Assembly: GCA_019912545.1 (NCBI GenBank)
Contig: JAIOIK010000204.1
Span: forward strand, 79 to 64,078
From: Ignavibacteria bacterium
Lineage (GTDB): Bacteria; Bacteroidota; Ignavibacteria; Tepidaquicellales; OLB5
Reading direction: 5' to 3'
DNA: 64,000 bases
Part shown: in pieces, positions 1-9,614 of the stretch
Layout: the number at the start of each line of letters is the position of its first letter
Position numbering within the stretch: the first letter of the stretch is position 1
The notes under the pieces: generated by a model
Databases searched by the model: none
What the model was told of the DNA's origin: nothing
What the model saw: the letters and a program-made list of their open reading frames with translations, nothing else
Position numbers and translations under genes: made by a program

Positions 1-12
1 AAAATTGATTAT

Positions 13-291
13 ATGAAGGGTAAACCAGAATTTGGTAATTTGCTCTATGATTCATATATGAACGAATTAATTGCAAATAGTATTAGATTAAAGAGTAAAA
101 AGGTAATTGAAAGCAGTCGAAAATATTACAGCAAACAAGAGTACTTAAAAAGATTATTAATCATTAGAACGAATTTAAGGAAATTACCAAAACCAGCGCA
201 ACAAAGCAGATTGCATAATGCTATTAATCAAGAAATTATGAAATTGTTAAAGAAGGAAAAAAACAACAGAAAATCTAAAATTAGTAGATGA
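13..291 (+). CDS. hypothetical small basic protein (92 aa)
   Basis: ORF track only. The protein is Lys/Arg-rich and no family was recognised. It lies in a visibly AT-rich segment at the window edge. Confidence 0.3.
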   Translation: MKGKPEFGNLLYDSYMNELIANSIRLKSKKVIESSRKYYSKQEYLKRLLIIRTNLRKLPKPAQQSRLHNAINQEIMKLLKKEKNNRKSKISR

Positions 292-601
292 ATATTGTTA
301 GTTTTAGTTATAGTATAGATAAGAAAAAAGAAGATGCCAAAAAATACAATTACACTGTTTTGTTATTAATTAATTAAAGTCCCATGGAATGAAATCAACA
401 GCATGATATTAAAATAATATAACTCCCTTAATAACTAGTTTAAAAATATGGAAATGTAAGAGTAATCACTCGAATTTGACTAGTCCTCAAAATTAATTTT
501 AAAAAAAATCGTATCGTGAATAATAAGTTGTCTTAGAAAGTTAAGGATATAATAGTATTCGAAAATTAGTTCAACTATTAACTATCCGAAGGAAAAATCA
601 A

Positions 602-1708
602 ATGAAATATACCATTATCTCAATAATATTACTAATTTCTGTATCTCATATTTATAGTCAAAACAACGCGATTATTAACAATAGATATTCAGTAAGATTC
701 ATCATTGGCGGCATGGATACGACAATAAATTTTGATAACACAAGTCAAAAAATCGAGTTTGATTTTAAAATTATAGAAACAATATATAGAAAATCCGAAA
801 AAAACAAAATGTCAGGCGATAAATTTTCGTTTAAAGTAGGTATCTTTATTCCAGATAGTTTAGCTGGAATATTATTTAATCCCTTCATTAAAATCTCTGC
901 ATACAATAAAGGCAAAGAACTACTTCCAAAAGATAGCTGTAATCATTATTTTACTTTTTATAAGAATAGAAATGAGAATTTCATAAATTCATTTACAGGA
1001 AGTCTATTTTGGTATGATAACGATAAGAGATTTTTAGGTGCTAAAATATTGTATGACGAAGATTACGAGTATAAGAAATCAAGTAATTACAAATTATCTT
1101 TCATTCTGTACAAAGATTCTGTCCGAACACCGTCTTATCTTCGAAATAATCATGATATATTTTCTAGCGAAATTGATGAATATAATAAAGCTACCGATTG
1201 GATTAATCAATTAATTCAAATATCTAGTGAAAAAGAAATAAAGGAAAATGAAAAAGAAGAAAGAATTCAAAGAATCCTGTCCGGAGAGATTCAGCCAAAA
1301 GTTACTGTTAATCTCATTATCAGACAGTATTTTAAAGCAAATACTCTTTCACATAATACATATAATGATGAATACTTCTTTAGTGAATCCTCTACTGCAT
1401 TAATTGAAAAAGAAATAGTATATACCCATTTCCCTATTAATGAAACATTTGAGTTCAAAACTCAAGGTTCTGTTATTTCTGTAGGTACAACTTATACAAC
1501 AGTTGGTATGAAAATGTATTTTGAAGTTCGTTGGGAAGGTCTTGCTTTTCCTTTAATAACTTCATTCGATATAAAAGATACTGATATTAAAGATACTAAA
1601 ATAATAAATATGGATGGGTCTAAATATGATGGGGTACATACTAATTCAGGTTTGATAAGTTTAGATTTTTCTAAAAAATACAAAATTGAGTTTTCTATCT
1701 CTAATTAG
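602..1708 (+). CDS. hypothetical secreted protein (368 aa)
   Basis: It has a signal-like N-terminus, MKYTIISIILLISVSHIYSQ. The palindrome agggaatattccct (about 1780-1793) lies downstream. No family was recognised. Confidence 0.5.
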   Translation: MKYTIISIILLISVSHIYSQNNAIINNRYSVRFIIGGMDTTINFDNTSQKIEFDFKIIETIYRKSEKNKMSGDKFSFKVGIFIPDSLAGILFNPFIKISAYNKGKELLPKDSCNHYFTFYKNRNENFINSFTGSLFWYDNDKRFLGAKILYDEDYEYKKSSNYKLSFILYKDSVRTPSYLRNNHDIFSSEIDEYNKATDWINQLIQISSEKEIKENEKEERIQRILSGEIQPKVTVNLIIRQYFKANTLSHNTYNDEYFFSESSTALIEKEIVYTHFPINETFEFKTQGSVISVGTTYTTVGMKMYFEVRWEGLAFPLITSFDIKDTDIKDTKIINMDGSKYDGVHTNSGLISLDFSKKYKIEFSISN

Positions 1709-1928
1709 AAAAGTAAACAAAAAATTAATTATCAATTCTGAATAATAATTAGTTCTAAAAGGTTAATAATATATTAAGAAGGGAATATTCCCTAAAAATA
1801 CACAGAATCTCTTACAGATATAGGTAATTTAGTAGTTAGTTTAGTAGTAAGTTGTAGGGGATTAATTTGTAAACATTCTATTTTAGCTAATTATCTATTT
1901 GTCGAAAAACGCTTAAATTTACACTTTG

Positions 1929-2080
1929 CGGAGAAGGTGGGATTCCTCCGAGGGAGTCCCTTCGGGAGAACCCACGTAGCGCTTTTGAGGTTAACACACT
2001 TTCCAGGCGTGCCTCTTCAGCCACTCCTCCAAAGGAGCCCCCTTTGTCCGCAGGACTTCTTTGGAGGGGAGCACCATTCC
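1929..2080 (-). pseudogene. decayed full-length copy of tRNA-Ser(GGA) carrying a 22-nt insertion in the T-loop and a 42-nt insertion in the D-loop
   Basis: It is collinear with the intact tRNA at 2367..2454 over its whole length, and the anticodon arm is identical. The extra blocks are at 1946..1967 and 2027..2068. Substitutions break acceptor pairing (5' GGAATGG against 3' CTTCTCC) and the variable-arm stem (TAACC against CGCTA). Confidence 0.65.
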
Positions 2081-2099
2081 AGTTTGGTTTTTTAGGGAA

Positions 2100-2342
2100 T
2101 TAGATAATGCCTTTTTGCTTTAACCAAATATAACCATCAATGGACTTGAAGAATCTTTCTCTTTGTTCAGCTTCTTTCCTTGTCGAGTACTTTTCGCTGT
2201 AATGTAATTTAAGAGGTTTCCTGTTCTTAGTAGATTTTACTTTGCCTGAATTATGATGAATTAATCTCTTATCAATATTACCGGATGAACCATAGTAATA
2301 TCTTCCGTCTCTAAGGCTTACTAAAATATAAGCATAATACAT
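2100..2342 (-). CDS. small GIY-YIG nuclease family protein (80 aa, stand-alone URI domain, COG2827-like)
   Basis: The N-terminus reads YYAYILVS..DGRYYYGSSGNIDKRLIHHN, which fits the GIY...YxG motifs. It is followed by a conserved R/E region (RKEAEQRERFFK). The start lies 24 nt after the tRNA 3' end. Confidence 0.8.
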   Translation of the reverse strand: MYYAYILVSLRDGRYYYGSSGNIDKRLIHHNSGKVKSTKNRKPLKLHYSEKYSTRKEAEQRERFFKSIDGYIWLKQKGII

Positions 2343-2366
2343 AATTATCTTTTTGTAAGGATTTTG

Positions 2367-2454
2367 CGGAGAAGGTGGGATTCGAACCCACGTAGCGCTT
2401 TTGACGCTAACACACTTTCCAGGCGTGCCTCTTCAACCACTCGAGCACCTCTCC
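2367..2454 (-). tRNA. tRNA-Ser (anticodon GGA)
   Basis: Hand-folded reverse complement: acceptor GGAGAGG/CTTCTCC, anticodon arm CACGC-CTGGAAA-GTGTG, long variable arm TAGCG..CGCTA, T arm GTGGG-TTCGAAT-CCCAC. Confidence 0.9.
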
Positions 2455-2500
2455 AAGCTATTACAGAACAGGAATTTAGAAGGAATACTTGAAAAATCAG

Positions 2501-2582
2501 CGGAGAGCGAGGGACTCGAACCCCCACAGGCTTACACCCGGCGGTTTTCAAGACCGCTGCAATACCATTATGCGAGCTCTCC
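2501..2582 (-). tRNA. tRNA-Ser (anticodon UGA)
   Basis: Hand-folded reverse complement: acceptor GGAGAGC/GCTCTCC, anticodon arm GCGGT-CTTGAAA-ACCGC, a long variable arm, and T arm GGGGG-TTCGAGT-CCCTC. Confidence 0.85.
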
Positions 2583-2596
2583 TGTTGCGAATTGCA

Positions 2597-2625
2597 AATA
2601 TAACTCAACTAATTGCCTTTTTCAA
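2597..2625 (-). promoter_or_regulatory. candidate promoter of the tRNA-Ser/tRNA-Ser/GIY-YIG unit
   Basis: The minus strand reads TTGAAA-N17-TATATT, about 14 nt upstream of the tRNA-Ser(UGA) 5' end. The -10 region also reads TATATTTG, which fits the Bacteroidota-type TAnnTTTG motif. Confidence 0.45.
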
Positions 2626-2708
2626 TGAAAATATAATACTGGAGATCCGGAATTGTTCAGGTTTATCAATAGCACAGAAGCTATGATCAGCGAATTAAAC
2701 CAAATTAT

Positions 2709-3524
2709 TCAAGGTACGAAGAAATAAATATAAGGAGTGCCATTGCTTGTAATGCATCTGTTATTGTAATAAATAGAATCATATACTGACCAGCGGCCGG
2801 AATTATCAAAATTTACTTTTCCTTTATAAAGCCCATCACCAATATAAACAGGATTTACATTCCCGCCTGATGTGTGATTCAATGAATCAAGTTTTACGGT
2901 AAGATTCATTGAAGCTGTATTTACCTGAGTAAAATAATTAAAATCCGGGGATTCATGCAGCAGGCAGTAAAAATCATTCATTCCTTTTATTGGTTCCTCA
3001 GGTGCAGTCATTGTGATAAGATAGCTCAGCTGCGCCGTCAGATCGGTAAAGATCTTGAATTTTGTTTTCTGATCCCACCCAACATCAAATCTAACTGAGT
3101 CTATTGATAACTCATCATTATAATTGTAATAAGCGTACCAGCGGCTTGTACTATCAGAAGGCATAAGCATTATCAAATAACCAGTAAACATTCCAAGCGA
3201 ACTATTGTAATTATAAAGCGGCTCAACCGGAGTAGCGTGAAAGCTTGTAGAATTAAAATGAAACATCTTTGCGAAGAATTTTACAAACCCGCCGGTCTTT
3301 GGATTTCCATTCTCAAATACTTTGAATCCTATCTTATTATATCCTGTCATTAGGGTATCATCATCTACTGCCCAAACCTCGAATTTTATATTCCCGTTTT
3401 CAACAGTAGCAATTTTTTCATAAATATCACCTGTATTAGTATTATCAACCGGATTAGAATTCTCTCCGCAGCCAATAATTGATACAGCTATTCCCGTTAT
3501 TAATAATGCAATAAACTTCTTCAA
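2709..3524 (-). CDS. hypothetical lipoprotein (271 aa)
   Basis: It has a signal peptide with a lipobox-like IIGC. No family was recognised. Confidence 0.6.
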   Translation of the reverse strand: MKKFIALLITGIAVSIIGCGENSNPVDNTNTGDIYEKIATVENGNIKFEVWAVDDDTLMTGYNKIGFKVFENGNPKTGGFVKFFAKMFHFNSTSFHATPVEPLYNYNSSLGMFTGYLIMLMPSDSTSRWYAYYNYNDELSIDSVRFDVGWDQKTKFKIFTDLTAQLSYLITMTAPEEPIKGMNDFYCLLHESPDFNYFTQVNTASMNLTVKLDSLNHTSGGNVNPVYIGDGLYKGKVNFDNSGRWSVYDSIYYNNRCITSNGTPYIYFFVP

Positions 3525-3634
3525 ATTGAATTTGTATTATGCTTACGTGCAAATTAATCATATTATAGCAGACATAGAATGACAATTGTCATATACTTAA
3601 ATGACCAATATCTACATGGCAATAACAAACATAT

Positions 3635-6600
3635 TTATTTTACAAGAATCATTCTTTTGACATTAGTATAATTTCCGGCATTCAGCCTGTAGAAATAAAC
3701 ACCGCTTGAGACATATGATGCATCCCAGTCAACTAAATACACGCCCGGCTGAAGCTGCTGGTCAATAAGCGTAATAACTTCACGGCCCAGAATATCATAC
3801 ACGATCAACCTGGTAATAGCTGTCTTTGGAATATCCACTTTTATTTTTGTAACTGGGTTAAACGGATTTGGATAGTTGTTATACAGCTTAAACTCCTTAG
3901 GTATGATATTTGTAATTTGCGTTAAGCCAATTGGCGCAATCCTGAATGACCAGACTTCGCTCCAAACGCTGTAACCTCCCGGATTGTATGACCTCACCCG
4001 CCAATAATATGCAGAGTCGTTTTGCAAACTTCCGGCCGGTACCATAATGCCTGATGTTGTGATCTCTGTGGAATCATATGCAATAGATGTAAAGCCTGTA
4101 TCTCTGGCTACCTGCACCTGGTATCCTGTTGCAGTTGAAATGCTGTCCCAATCCAAAACCGGAGTTAATGATAGTCCTTGAGTGCCGTCTAAAGGAGAAA
4201 CCAGATTAGGCGCTGCAGGCGGAACAGGAACAGTTGTGAAATTCCACGTTTGGCTGAACTGGCTGTAGCCGCCCACATTTTTTGCGCGTACCTTCCAGTA
4301 ATAAACCGTTAAGGGATTAAGTCCGCTTACGTTTCTCACTGAATCTGTTACCAATGAATCATCCACGACCATTTGTGTAAATACCGAGTCTCTTGCAAGC
4401 ATTACATGATAATGAGTTGCGCTTGGAAGCCTGTACCATATCATTTGCATATTCAGCGGAATATTAATGGCATTATCCTGTGGTGAAAATTGCAGTGGTA
4501 TTGTCGGATTCTGTATAATTGTATTAAAACGGAACCACCGTGAAAAACCGCCCCAGCCGATCTCGTTCTTTGCCTTAACACGCCAGTAATATCTTGTCTG
4601 GTTTACAAGTGAGTTTACGGTCTTAAATGAATCAACTAAGTTGGAATCAATTACAACAGATGCTCCAAGTGTATCAAGATTCAGTTCAAACCAATACTTC
4701 TGAATACTCTCAGCGCCAAAGAAGGTGTTTTTTACAAATGGAGCGCGGTCGGTCTGATCGTTTGCAATAGCCCAGCGGAATGTAATATTCACCGGCTGGT
4801 TAACTGCGCTATCGGGCGGTGAAAGCAGCTCTACCTGGTAAGGCGAGCCAAGTGTCCTGAATTTCCACGCAGGGGAGTAACTGCTTGTGCCGCCAACATT
4901 TTTGGCATTAACACGCCACCAGTAATTTGTGAGCGGCTGCAAACCCGCTACCGACTTGATGCTATCAGTTAATGTTGAATCATTTACAATGATACTTGTG
5001 AACAGAGAATCACTTGCCAATTGCACTCTGTATGTTTGTGCTGTTGGCCTTTTTAACCAAACGAGATTCAAAGAAAGCAATAATCCGGTCTGATTATTGA
5101 GCGGCGAAAACAGAACCGGCGCTGTTGGTGCCGCAATAATAGTTGTGAATTTGAAGGCAGTTGAAAAACCGCTTGTACCTGCAATATTTTTTGCATTAAC
5201 GCGCCACCAATAGCCTGTAAGGTTGCTTAAGGCTGAAATATTTTTTGTTGTATCTGTAAGAGTAGAGTCATTTACAATAATATTGCTGAAACCGGCATCA
5301 GTAGAAACCTGCAGGCGGTATGTAACGGCAAATTGCGGTTTACTCCAAACCAGATTAAGAGATAATGGCTGATTAACAGAATTATCCGGCGGCAAAAGTG
5401 GATTTGGCGAAGCCGGAACAGGAGGTATTGTTGTAAATTGCCAAACAGAAGAATATCCGCTAGTGCCCGCTGCATTTTTGGCGTTAACACGCCAGTAATA
5501 AGTTGTGTTGTTATTTAAGCCGCTCACAGATTTTGTTGTATCGGTTATGGTTGAATCATTCACGATAAGATTGCTAAAACCTGCATCAGTTGCAAGCTGA
5601 ACACGGTATGTAGCAGCAAATTGCGGTTTAGACCAAACCATAGTAAGGGATAACGGCTGATTAGCAGAATTATTTGGCGGAGAAATAGGATTGGGTGAAG
5701 CAGAAACAGGCGGCATGGTTGTAAACTGCCATGCAGAAGAATAGCCGCTTGTTCCCACTGCATTTTTTGCATTTACACGCCAGTAATAAGTTGTGTTACT
5801 ATTTAATCCGCTTACAGATTTTGTAGTATCGGTTACAGTTGAATCATTAACTATGAGATTGCTGAACCCGGCATCTGTTGCAACCTGTACGCGATAGGAT
5901 GTACCTGATGTTTTGCGCCAAATTAAATTTAGAGTGGTTGGTTGGCTAAGAGAATTGTGAAAAGGTGAAATCAACGTTGGAGGGAACGGTACCTGATGAT
6001 ATTTTAGTATGTTAATATCGAAATTGCCACTAACAGCAATTTGACCAGCCAAATAGACGTTACCATAAACATCAACAAAAATGTCTTTTACTTCATCAAA
6101 AGTATTGCCGCCGGGTGTATTATATACTGTGGACCAACTTAGATTACCAATCAGATCATACTTTAAACAATACAAATCTCTTAGGCTTGGATTGCTTTCA
6201 TTTGCCCAGCCTATCACATATGCATTGCCCTGATTGTCGGCAGAAAGGCCGGTTCCACCTTGATTACCTCCATAACTTGGTGCATAAATCTGTGACCATA
6301 TTTGGTTACCGCTAGTATCATATTTTATAGTCAGTGTTTGCGAGCCCGTCATGCCTGCCACAAATAAATCGTTATCACTATTGATCGCGATATTCCAACC
6401 GTGATCACTGCTAGTAGTCGGTCCGGCAAAACGCCTTTCCCAAATTAGGCTTCCAGAATTAGAATATTTCAAAGTTGTACAATCATCCCCTGTTCCACTG
6501 CCATTACTAGAGCCAGTTACATATAGGTTACCTAAATTATCCAATACTAATTCATTTGCAATGTCAAGCGCGTTGCCAGGCCCATTGTATCTTTGTGTCC

Positions 6601-7327
6601 ATAGTTGATTACCGCTGGCGTCATACTTTACAGTAGCATAATCAACACTTGTGCCACTGCCGTCACTCCATCCTGTTACATACACATTGCCTGAATTATC
6701 AACACGTATGGAATATGCATAATCATTACCATTACCTGTTCCGTTATATGTTACAGCCCATAATTGATTTCCGTTTAAATCATATTTAATAGTTATATAA
6801 TCATTGCTTGATATTCCGGCACATAAACCCGTTACATAAACATTGCCTGAATTATCTGTTGCCATTGAATAAGGAATCTCATTTGCATTATTTGCTGCAT
6901 TGTTATACCTCGCAAGCCAAATCTGATTTCCATTGGTATCCAGTTTTAAAGTTGCAATATCACCATTGGTTGCACTCGTACTTGTGCCAGTGATACATAA
7001 GAATCCTGAATTGTCAAGAGTAATATAGTATGGATTATCTGTCGCATTCCCTGGTCCATTATAGCGCTTTTCCCAAATCAAAGCTCCATTTGAATTGAAT
7101 TTTAGGATCACATAATCATTTCCGGTTCCAATTCCAGCACTGCTACCAAGTGAATAGACATTACCAGTTTTATCGGCTATGATGTATTTCCCATATATAA
7201 AATCTTGTTCACCGTCAAAACCATTTCCTGGCCCATTATATCTATATACCCATTGCTGGGCGACCTGTGCATCAAGAATTTTTAACGAAAAGATCAGTAC
7301 TAAAAAAAAGAATATTATTCTCTTCAT
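3635..7327 (-). CDS. large secreted beta-propeller (SBBP-like repeats) / FN3-like repeat protein with a T9SS C-terminal sorting domain
   Basis: It has a signal peptide and about 10 copies of the 'YNGPGNxxD...VTG' motif. These are followed by seven roughly 95-aa repeats ('YRVQLATDAGFSN..YYWRVNAKN'). The C-terminus reads 'YNNYPNPFNPVTKI...GVYFYRL'. Confidence 0.85.
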   Translation of the reverse strand: MKRIIFFFLVLIFSLKILDAQVAQQWVYRYNGPGNGFDGEQDFIYGKYIIADKTGNVYSLGSSAGIGTGNDYVILKFNSNGALIWEKRYNGPGNATDNPYYITLDNSGFLCITGTSTSATNGDIATLKLDTNGNQIWLARYNNAANNANEIPYSMATDNSGNVYVTGLCAGISSNDYITIKYDLNGNQLWAVTYNGTGNGNDYAYSIRVDNSGNVYVTGWSDGSGTSVDYATVKYDASGNQLWTQRYNGPGNALDIANELVLDNLGNLYVTGSSNGSGTGDDCTTLKYSNSGSLIWERRFAGPTTSSDHGWNIAINSDNDLFVAGMTGSQTLTIKYDTSGNQIWSQIYAPSYGGNQGGTGLSADNQGNAYVIGWANESNPSLRDLYCLKYDLIGNLSWSTVYNTPGGNTFDEVKDIFVDVYGNVYLAGQIAVSGNFDINILKYHQVPFPPTLISPFHNSLSQPTTLNLIWRKTSGTSYRVQVATDAGFSNLIVNDSTVTDTTKSVSGLNSNTTYYWRVNAKNAVGTSGYSSAWQFTTMPPVSASPNPISPPNNSANQPLSLTMVWSKPQFAATYRVQLATDAGFSNLIVNDSTITDTTKSVSGLNNNTTYYWRVNAKNAAGTSGYSSVWQFTTIPPVPASPNPLLPPDNSVNQPLSLNLVWSKPQFAVTYRLQVSTDAGFSNIIVNDSTLTDTTKNISALSNLTGYWWRVNAKNIAGTSGFSTAFKFTTIIAAPTAPVLFSPLNNQTGLLLSLNLVWLKRPTAQTYRVQLASDSLFTSIIVNDSTLTDSIKSVAGLQPLTNYWWRVNAKNVGGTSSYSPAWKFRTLGSPYQVELLSPPDSAVNQPVNITFRWAIANDQTDRAPFVKNTFFGAESIQKYWFELNLDTLGASVVIDSNLVDSFKTVNSLVNQTRYYWRVKAKNEIGWGGFSRWFRFNTIIQNPTIPLQFSPQDNAINIPLNMQMIWYRLPSATHYHVMLARDSVFTQMVVDDSLVTDSVRNVSGLNPLTVYYWKVRAKNVGGYSQFSQTWNFTTVPVPPAAPNLVSPLDGTQGLSLTPVLDWDSISTATGYQVQVARDTGFTSIAYDSTEITTSGIMVPAGSLQNDSAYYWRVRSYNPGGYSVWSEVWSFRIAPIGLTQITNIIPKEFKLYNNYPNPFNPVTKIKVDIPKTAITRLIVYDILGREVITLIDQQLQPGVYLVDWDASYVSSGVYFYRLNAGNYTNVKRMILVK
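3945..5985 (-). repeat. intragenic tandem array of seven ~285-bp (FN3-like) coding repeats
   Basis: The protein-level repeats are listed above. The first three copies are nearly identical at protein level. Boundaries are approximate. Confidence 0.7.
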
Positions 7328-7485
7328 TTTATTCTAGTGGTTAAATTGTGCTGAAATTATTTTATTCGGAAAACTATTAAGCCTGATTCAATATGCAAAT
7401 TAATATTAGTAAGGCCGGCTCCATAGGGTAAGTTCAATATCTAAAGATTCTTGATTTTCAATATAAACTATATTTGCTGCATATC

Positions 7486-7503
7486 ATTTGACTTAAGTCA
7501 AAT
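7486..7503. promoter_or_regulatory. 18-bp perfect palindrome ATTTGACTTAAGTCAAAT in the 5' region of the large T9SS protein gene
   Basis: Read directly from the sequence. It lies about 160 nt upstream of the start at 7327. A role as a dimeric regulator site is speculative. Confidence 0.3.
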
Positions 7504-7783
7504 AATGTATTCTATTGTTTAACATGAATTTCCGCAACTAAAAAATTAAATGGGTTCTTCTGCAAAGGTGGGTATTTTCCGGCATTTCATTCCGGAAACA
7601 GGTAATTTCATCTTTCTGATTGTTCTGAAGTTTAATATAAATGTGCTTTTTTAGAAACGCAAGGAGGCAAAACCGGCTATGTGAATCTGGAAATTTCATT
7701 TTTAAGTGAATATGGGCTATTTTATATGATTATTATATTTTATGTGAATTTCTTGGATTAAAATTCTTTTTTTCCGCAGTGTT

Positions 7784-8368
7784 TTACTTACATTTTCCAA
7801 CCATTTTATACCTGTGGCAGTCAATCAAATGGTCATTCACCATTCCGATAGCCTGCATGTTTGCATAACAAATTGTTGAACCGACAAATTTGAATCCGTC
7901 TTTTAAAAGAGTTTTGCTCATTTCATCTGATTCTTTTGTTCTAGCCGGCAGATCTTTAAGTGATTTCCTTGTATTCTTAATTGTTCTTCCTTCTGTAAAT
8001 TTCCAAATATACTTATCAAATGAACCATACTTATCCTGTATATCCAGGAACGCTCTTGCGTTAGTAACAGCGGCATTTACTTTAAGTTTATTCCTTATAA
8101 TTCCGGCATCCTCAAGAAGTGAAGCGATCTTCTTATCCTTATAACGCGCAATTTTCTCAGCATTAAATCCATCGAATGCTTTTCGGAAATTCTCTCGCTT
8201 GTAAAGTATCGTCCGCCAGCTTAATCCTGCCTGGAATCCTTCCAGTATCAGGAATTCAAAAAGCTTCTTATCATCATGAACCGGTACACCCCACTCTTCA
8301 TCATGATATTTAACATAAAGCGGATCTTCGCCGCACCATGGGCATCGTATGATTTCTTTTTTTGGCAT
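7784..8368 (-). CDS. tag: DNA-3-methyladenine glycosylase I
   Basis: It contains CPWCGEDPLYVKYHDEEWGVPVHDD...EGFQAGLSWRTIL, the typical Tag signature. Confidence 0.9.
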   Translation of the reverse strand: MPKKEIIRCPWCGEDPLYVKYHDEEWGVPVHDDKKLFEFLILEGFQAGLSWRTILYKRENFRKAFDGFNAEKIARYKDKKIASLLEDAGIIRNKLKVNAAVTNARAFLDIQDKYGSFDKYIWKFTEGRTIKNTRKSLKDLPARTKESDEMSKTLLKDGFKFVGSTICYANMQAIGMVNDHLIDCHRYKMVGKCK

Positions 8369-8564
8369 AATTTCTTAATTATTTTTTTGTGGTTCTAATA
8401 CTCGTGCCGCGAATAAAACACTGCAAAGTTATAATTATACTTTTAAATAATAATGCCAAAATTATAAGTCAGCATTTAAAGGTTATATGACTTGATAAAA
8501 TTAGTTAATTACAATAATTTCGATGAAACAGAAGCAATGAATTGCACATTACCTGATAGGATTA

Positions 8565-9614
8565 TTGGATTCTAAAATTCTGAAAATTCTCGGCAAAAAA
8601 TTCCCTAATGAAAAGTTTCCTCCTCTAATTATACATTTATCATATCTGCTGATTTCTTTGGCATTTTGTCTGTTGTATTATCTGCTGATAATAACTTTTC
8701 ATGATTTTTATAATTATGAGTATTGCAGTATATATAAGGTACTTAATGGAGAGGCTCTTCATTCTATGCAATACAGGGTTCTAATTCCATATATCTTTAA
8801 AGGACTTTCGTATGTACTGCCCTTATCCGATGTATCACTGTTTGTTTTGATAATTGTAGTGATTACATATTTTACTTTGCTGTGCTTCCGTTCAGTCTTA
8901 AACGTTTATTTTGAAAACAGAACAGTCAATAGTATTTCTGCAATAATTATAATTTATCCAATGTTATGGAATTTTATGTTATTGAACAGCATATTCTTTT
9001 TTGTCGATAGCGCTGTTGTGCTGTTTATGACGGCCGGCTTCTATTTTATTGTGTCCAAAAAGAATTACTGGCTATTGTTAACAGTCTTTTTTGCCACGCT
9101 GAATCACTATTCTTCAGCATTTATAATCATGGCATTTGTTCTTTTCAATTACAAAACCCTGTTTAAAAAACAGACTTTAATTTTTTCGGCAGCGCTTTCT
9201 GCTGTATTTTTGATTTGCTTATTGGGGTTCAAATTGAAGTATCCATATTTTCCTCCGGAAAGAGAAGACGGCTTCGTTATGGCAATGCCCCTGCTTGCAA
9301 TAGAGGCAATTACTGACATGCCTATGAGTATCCTTCTGAAATACGTAATACTGAATTTTGGCGGTCTTCATTTGCTTGCACTGTTGGTTATGGTAACAGG
9401 ATTGTGGAAAAAGATCAAGCCCGAGTTTCTTGTTATCTTTTTATTTTTTGTGCCATATTGTTTAATAGCAATACTAAGGCTGGGTATAAGGCTGGAAGAA
9501 ATGCGAAACTGGATACCGTTAATTCCGTTTATAACAATTCTTGCTTTAATACTTTTTACCGGTTTTAAAAATCCGCTTTTCACCCTTTCAAAAACTGTTT
9601 TAAAAGAAAAATAG
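8565..9614 (+). CDS. polytopic membrane protein, function unknown (TTG start)
   Basis: About 9-10 hydrophobic segments. No family was recognised. Confidence 0.55.
   Translation: MDSKILKILGKKFPNEKFPPLIIHLSYLLISLAFCLLYYLLIITFHDFYNYEYCSIYKVLNGEALHSMQYRVLIPYIFKGLSYVLPLSDVSLFVLIIVVITYFTLLCFRSVLNVYFENRTVNSISAIIIIYPMLWNFMLLNSIFFFVDSAVVLFMTAGFYFIVSKKNYWLLLTVFFATLNHYSSAFIIMAFVLFNYKTLFKKQTLIFSAALSAVFLICLLGFKLKYPYFPPEREDGFVMAMPLLAIEAITDMPMSILLKYVILNFGGLHLLALLVMVTGLWKKIKPEFLVIFLFFVPYCLIAILRLGIRLEEMRNWIPLIPFITILALILFTGFKNPLFTLSKTVLKEK

Noticed and set aside
1929-2080. Pseudo-tRNA as an attL/attR remnant of an integrase-mediated island.
   Set aside because: The copy spans the full tRNA including the 5' half, not just the 3' portion. 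No integrase is visible in the window. An island further upstream cannot be excluded; see the finding at 1..1927.
2345-2686. Three ORFs of 65-87 aa (2345..2608 -, 2401..2628 +, 2489..2686 +).
   Set aside because: They simply read through the two tRNA-Ser genes and their spacer, so they are not coding.
5272-6993. Small ORFs inside the 1230-aa gene (5272..5490, 5560..5772, 6115..6315, 6808..6993).
   Set aside because: They are alternative-frame or antisense artefacts of the repeat-rich CDS.
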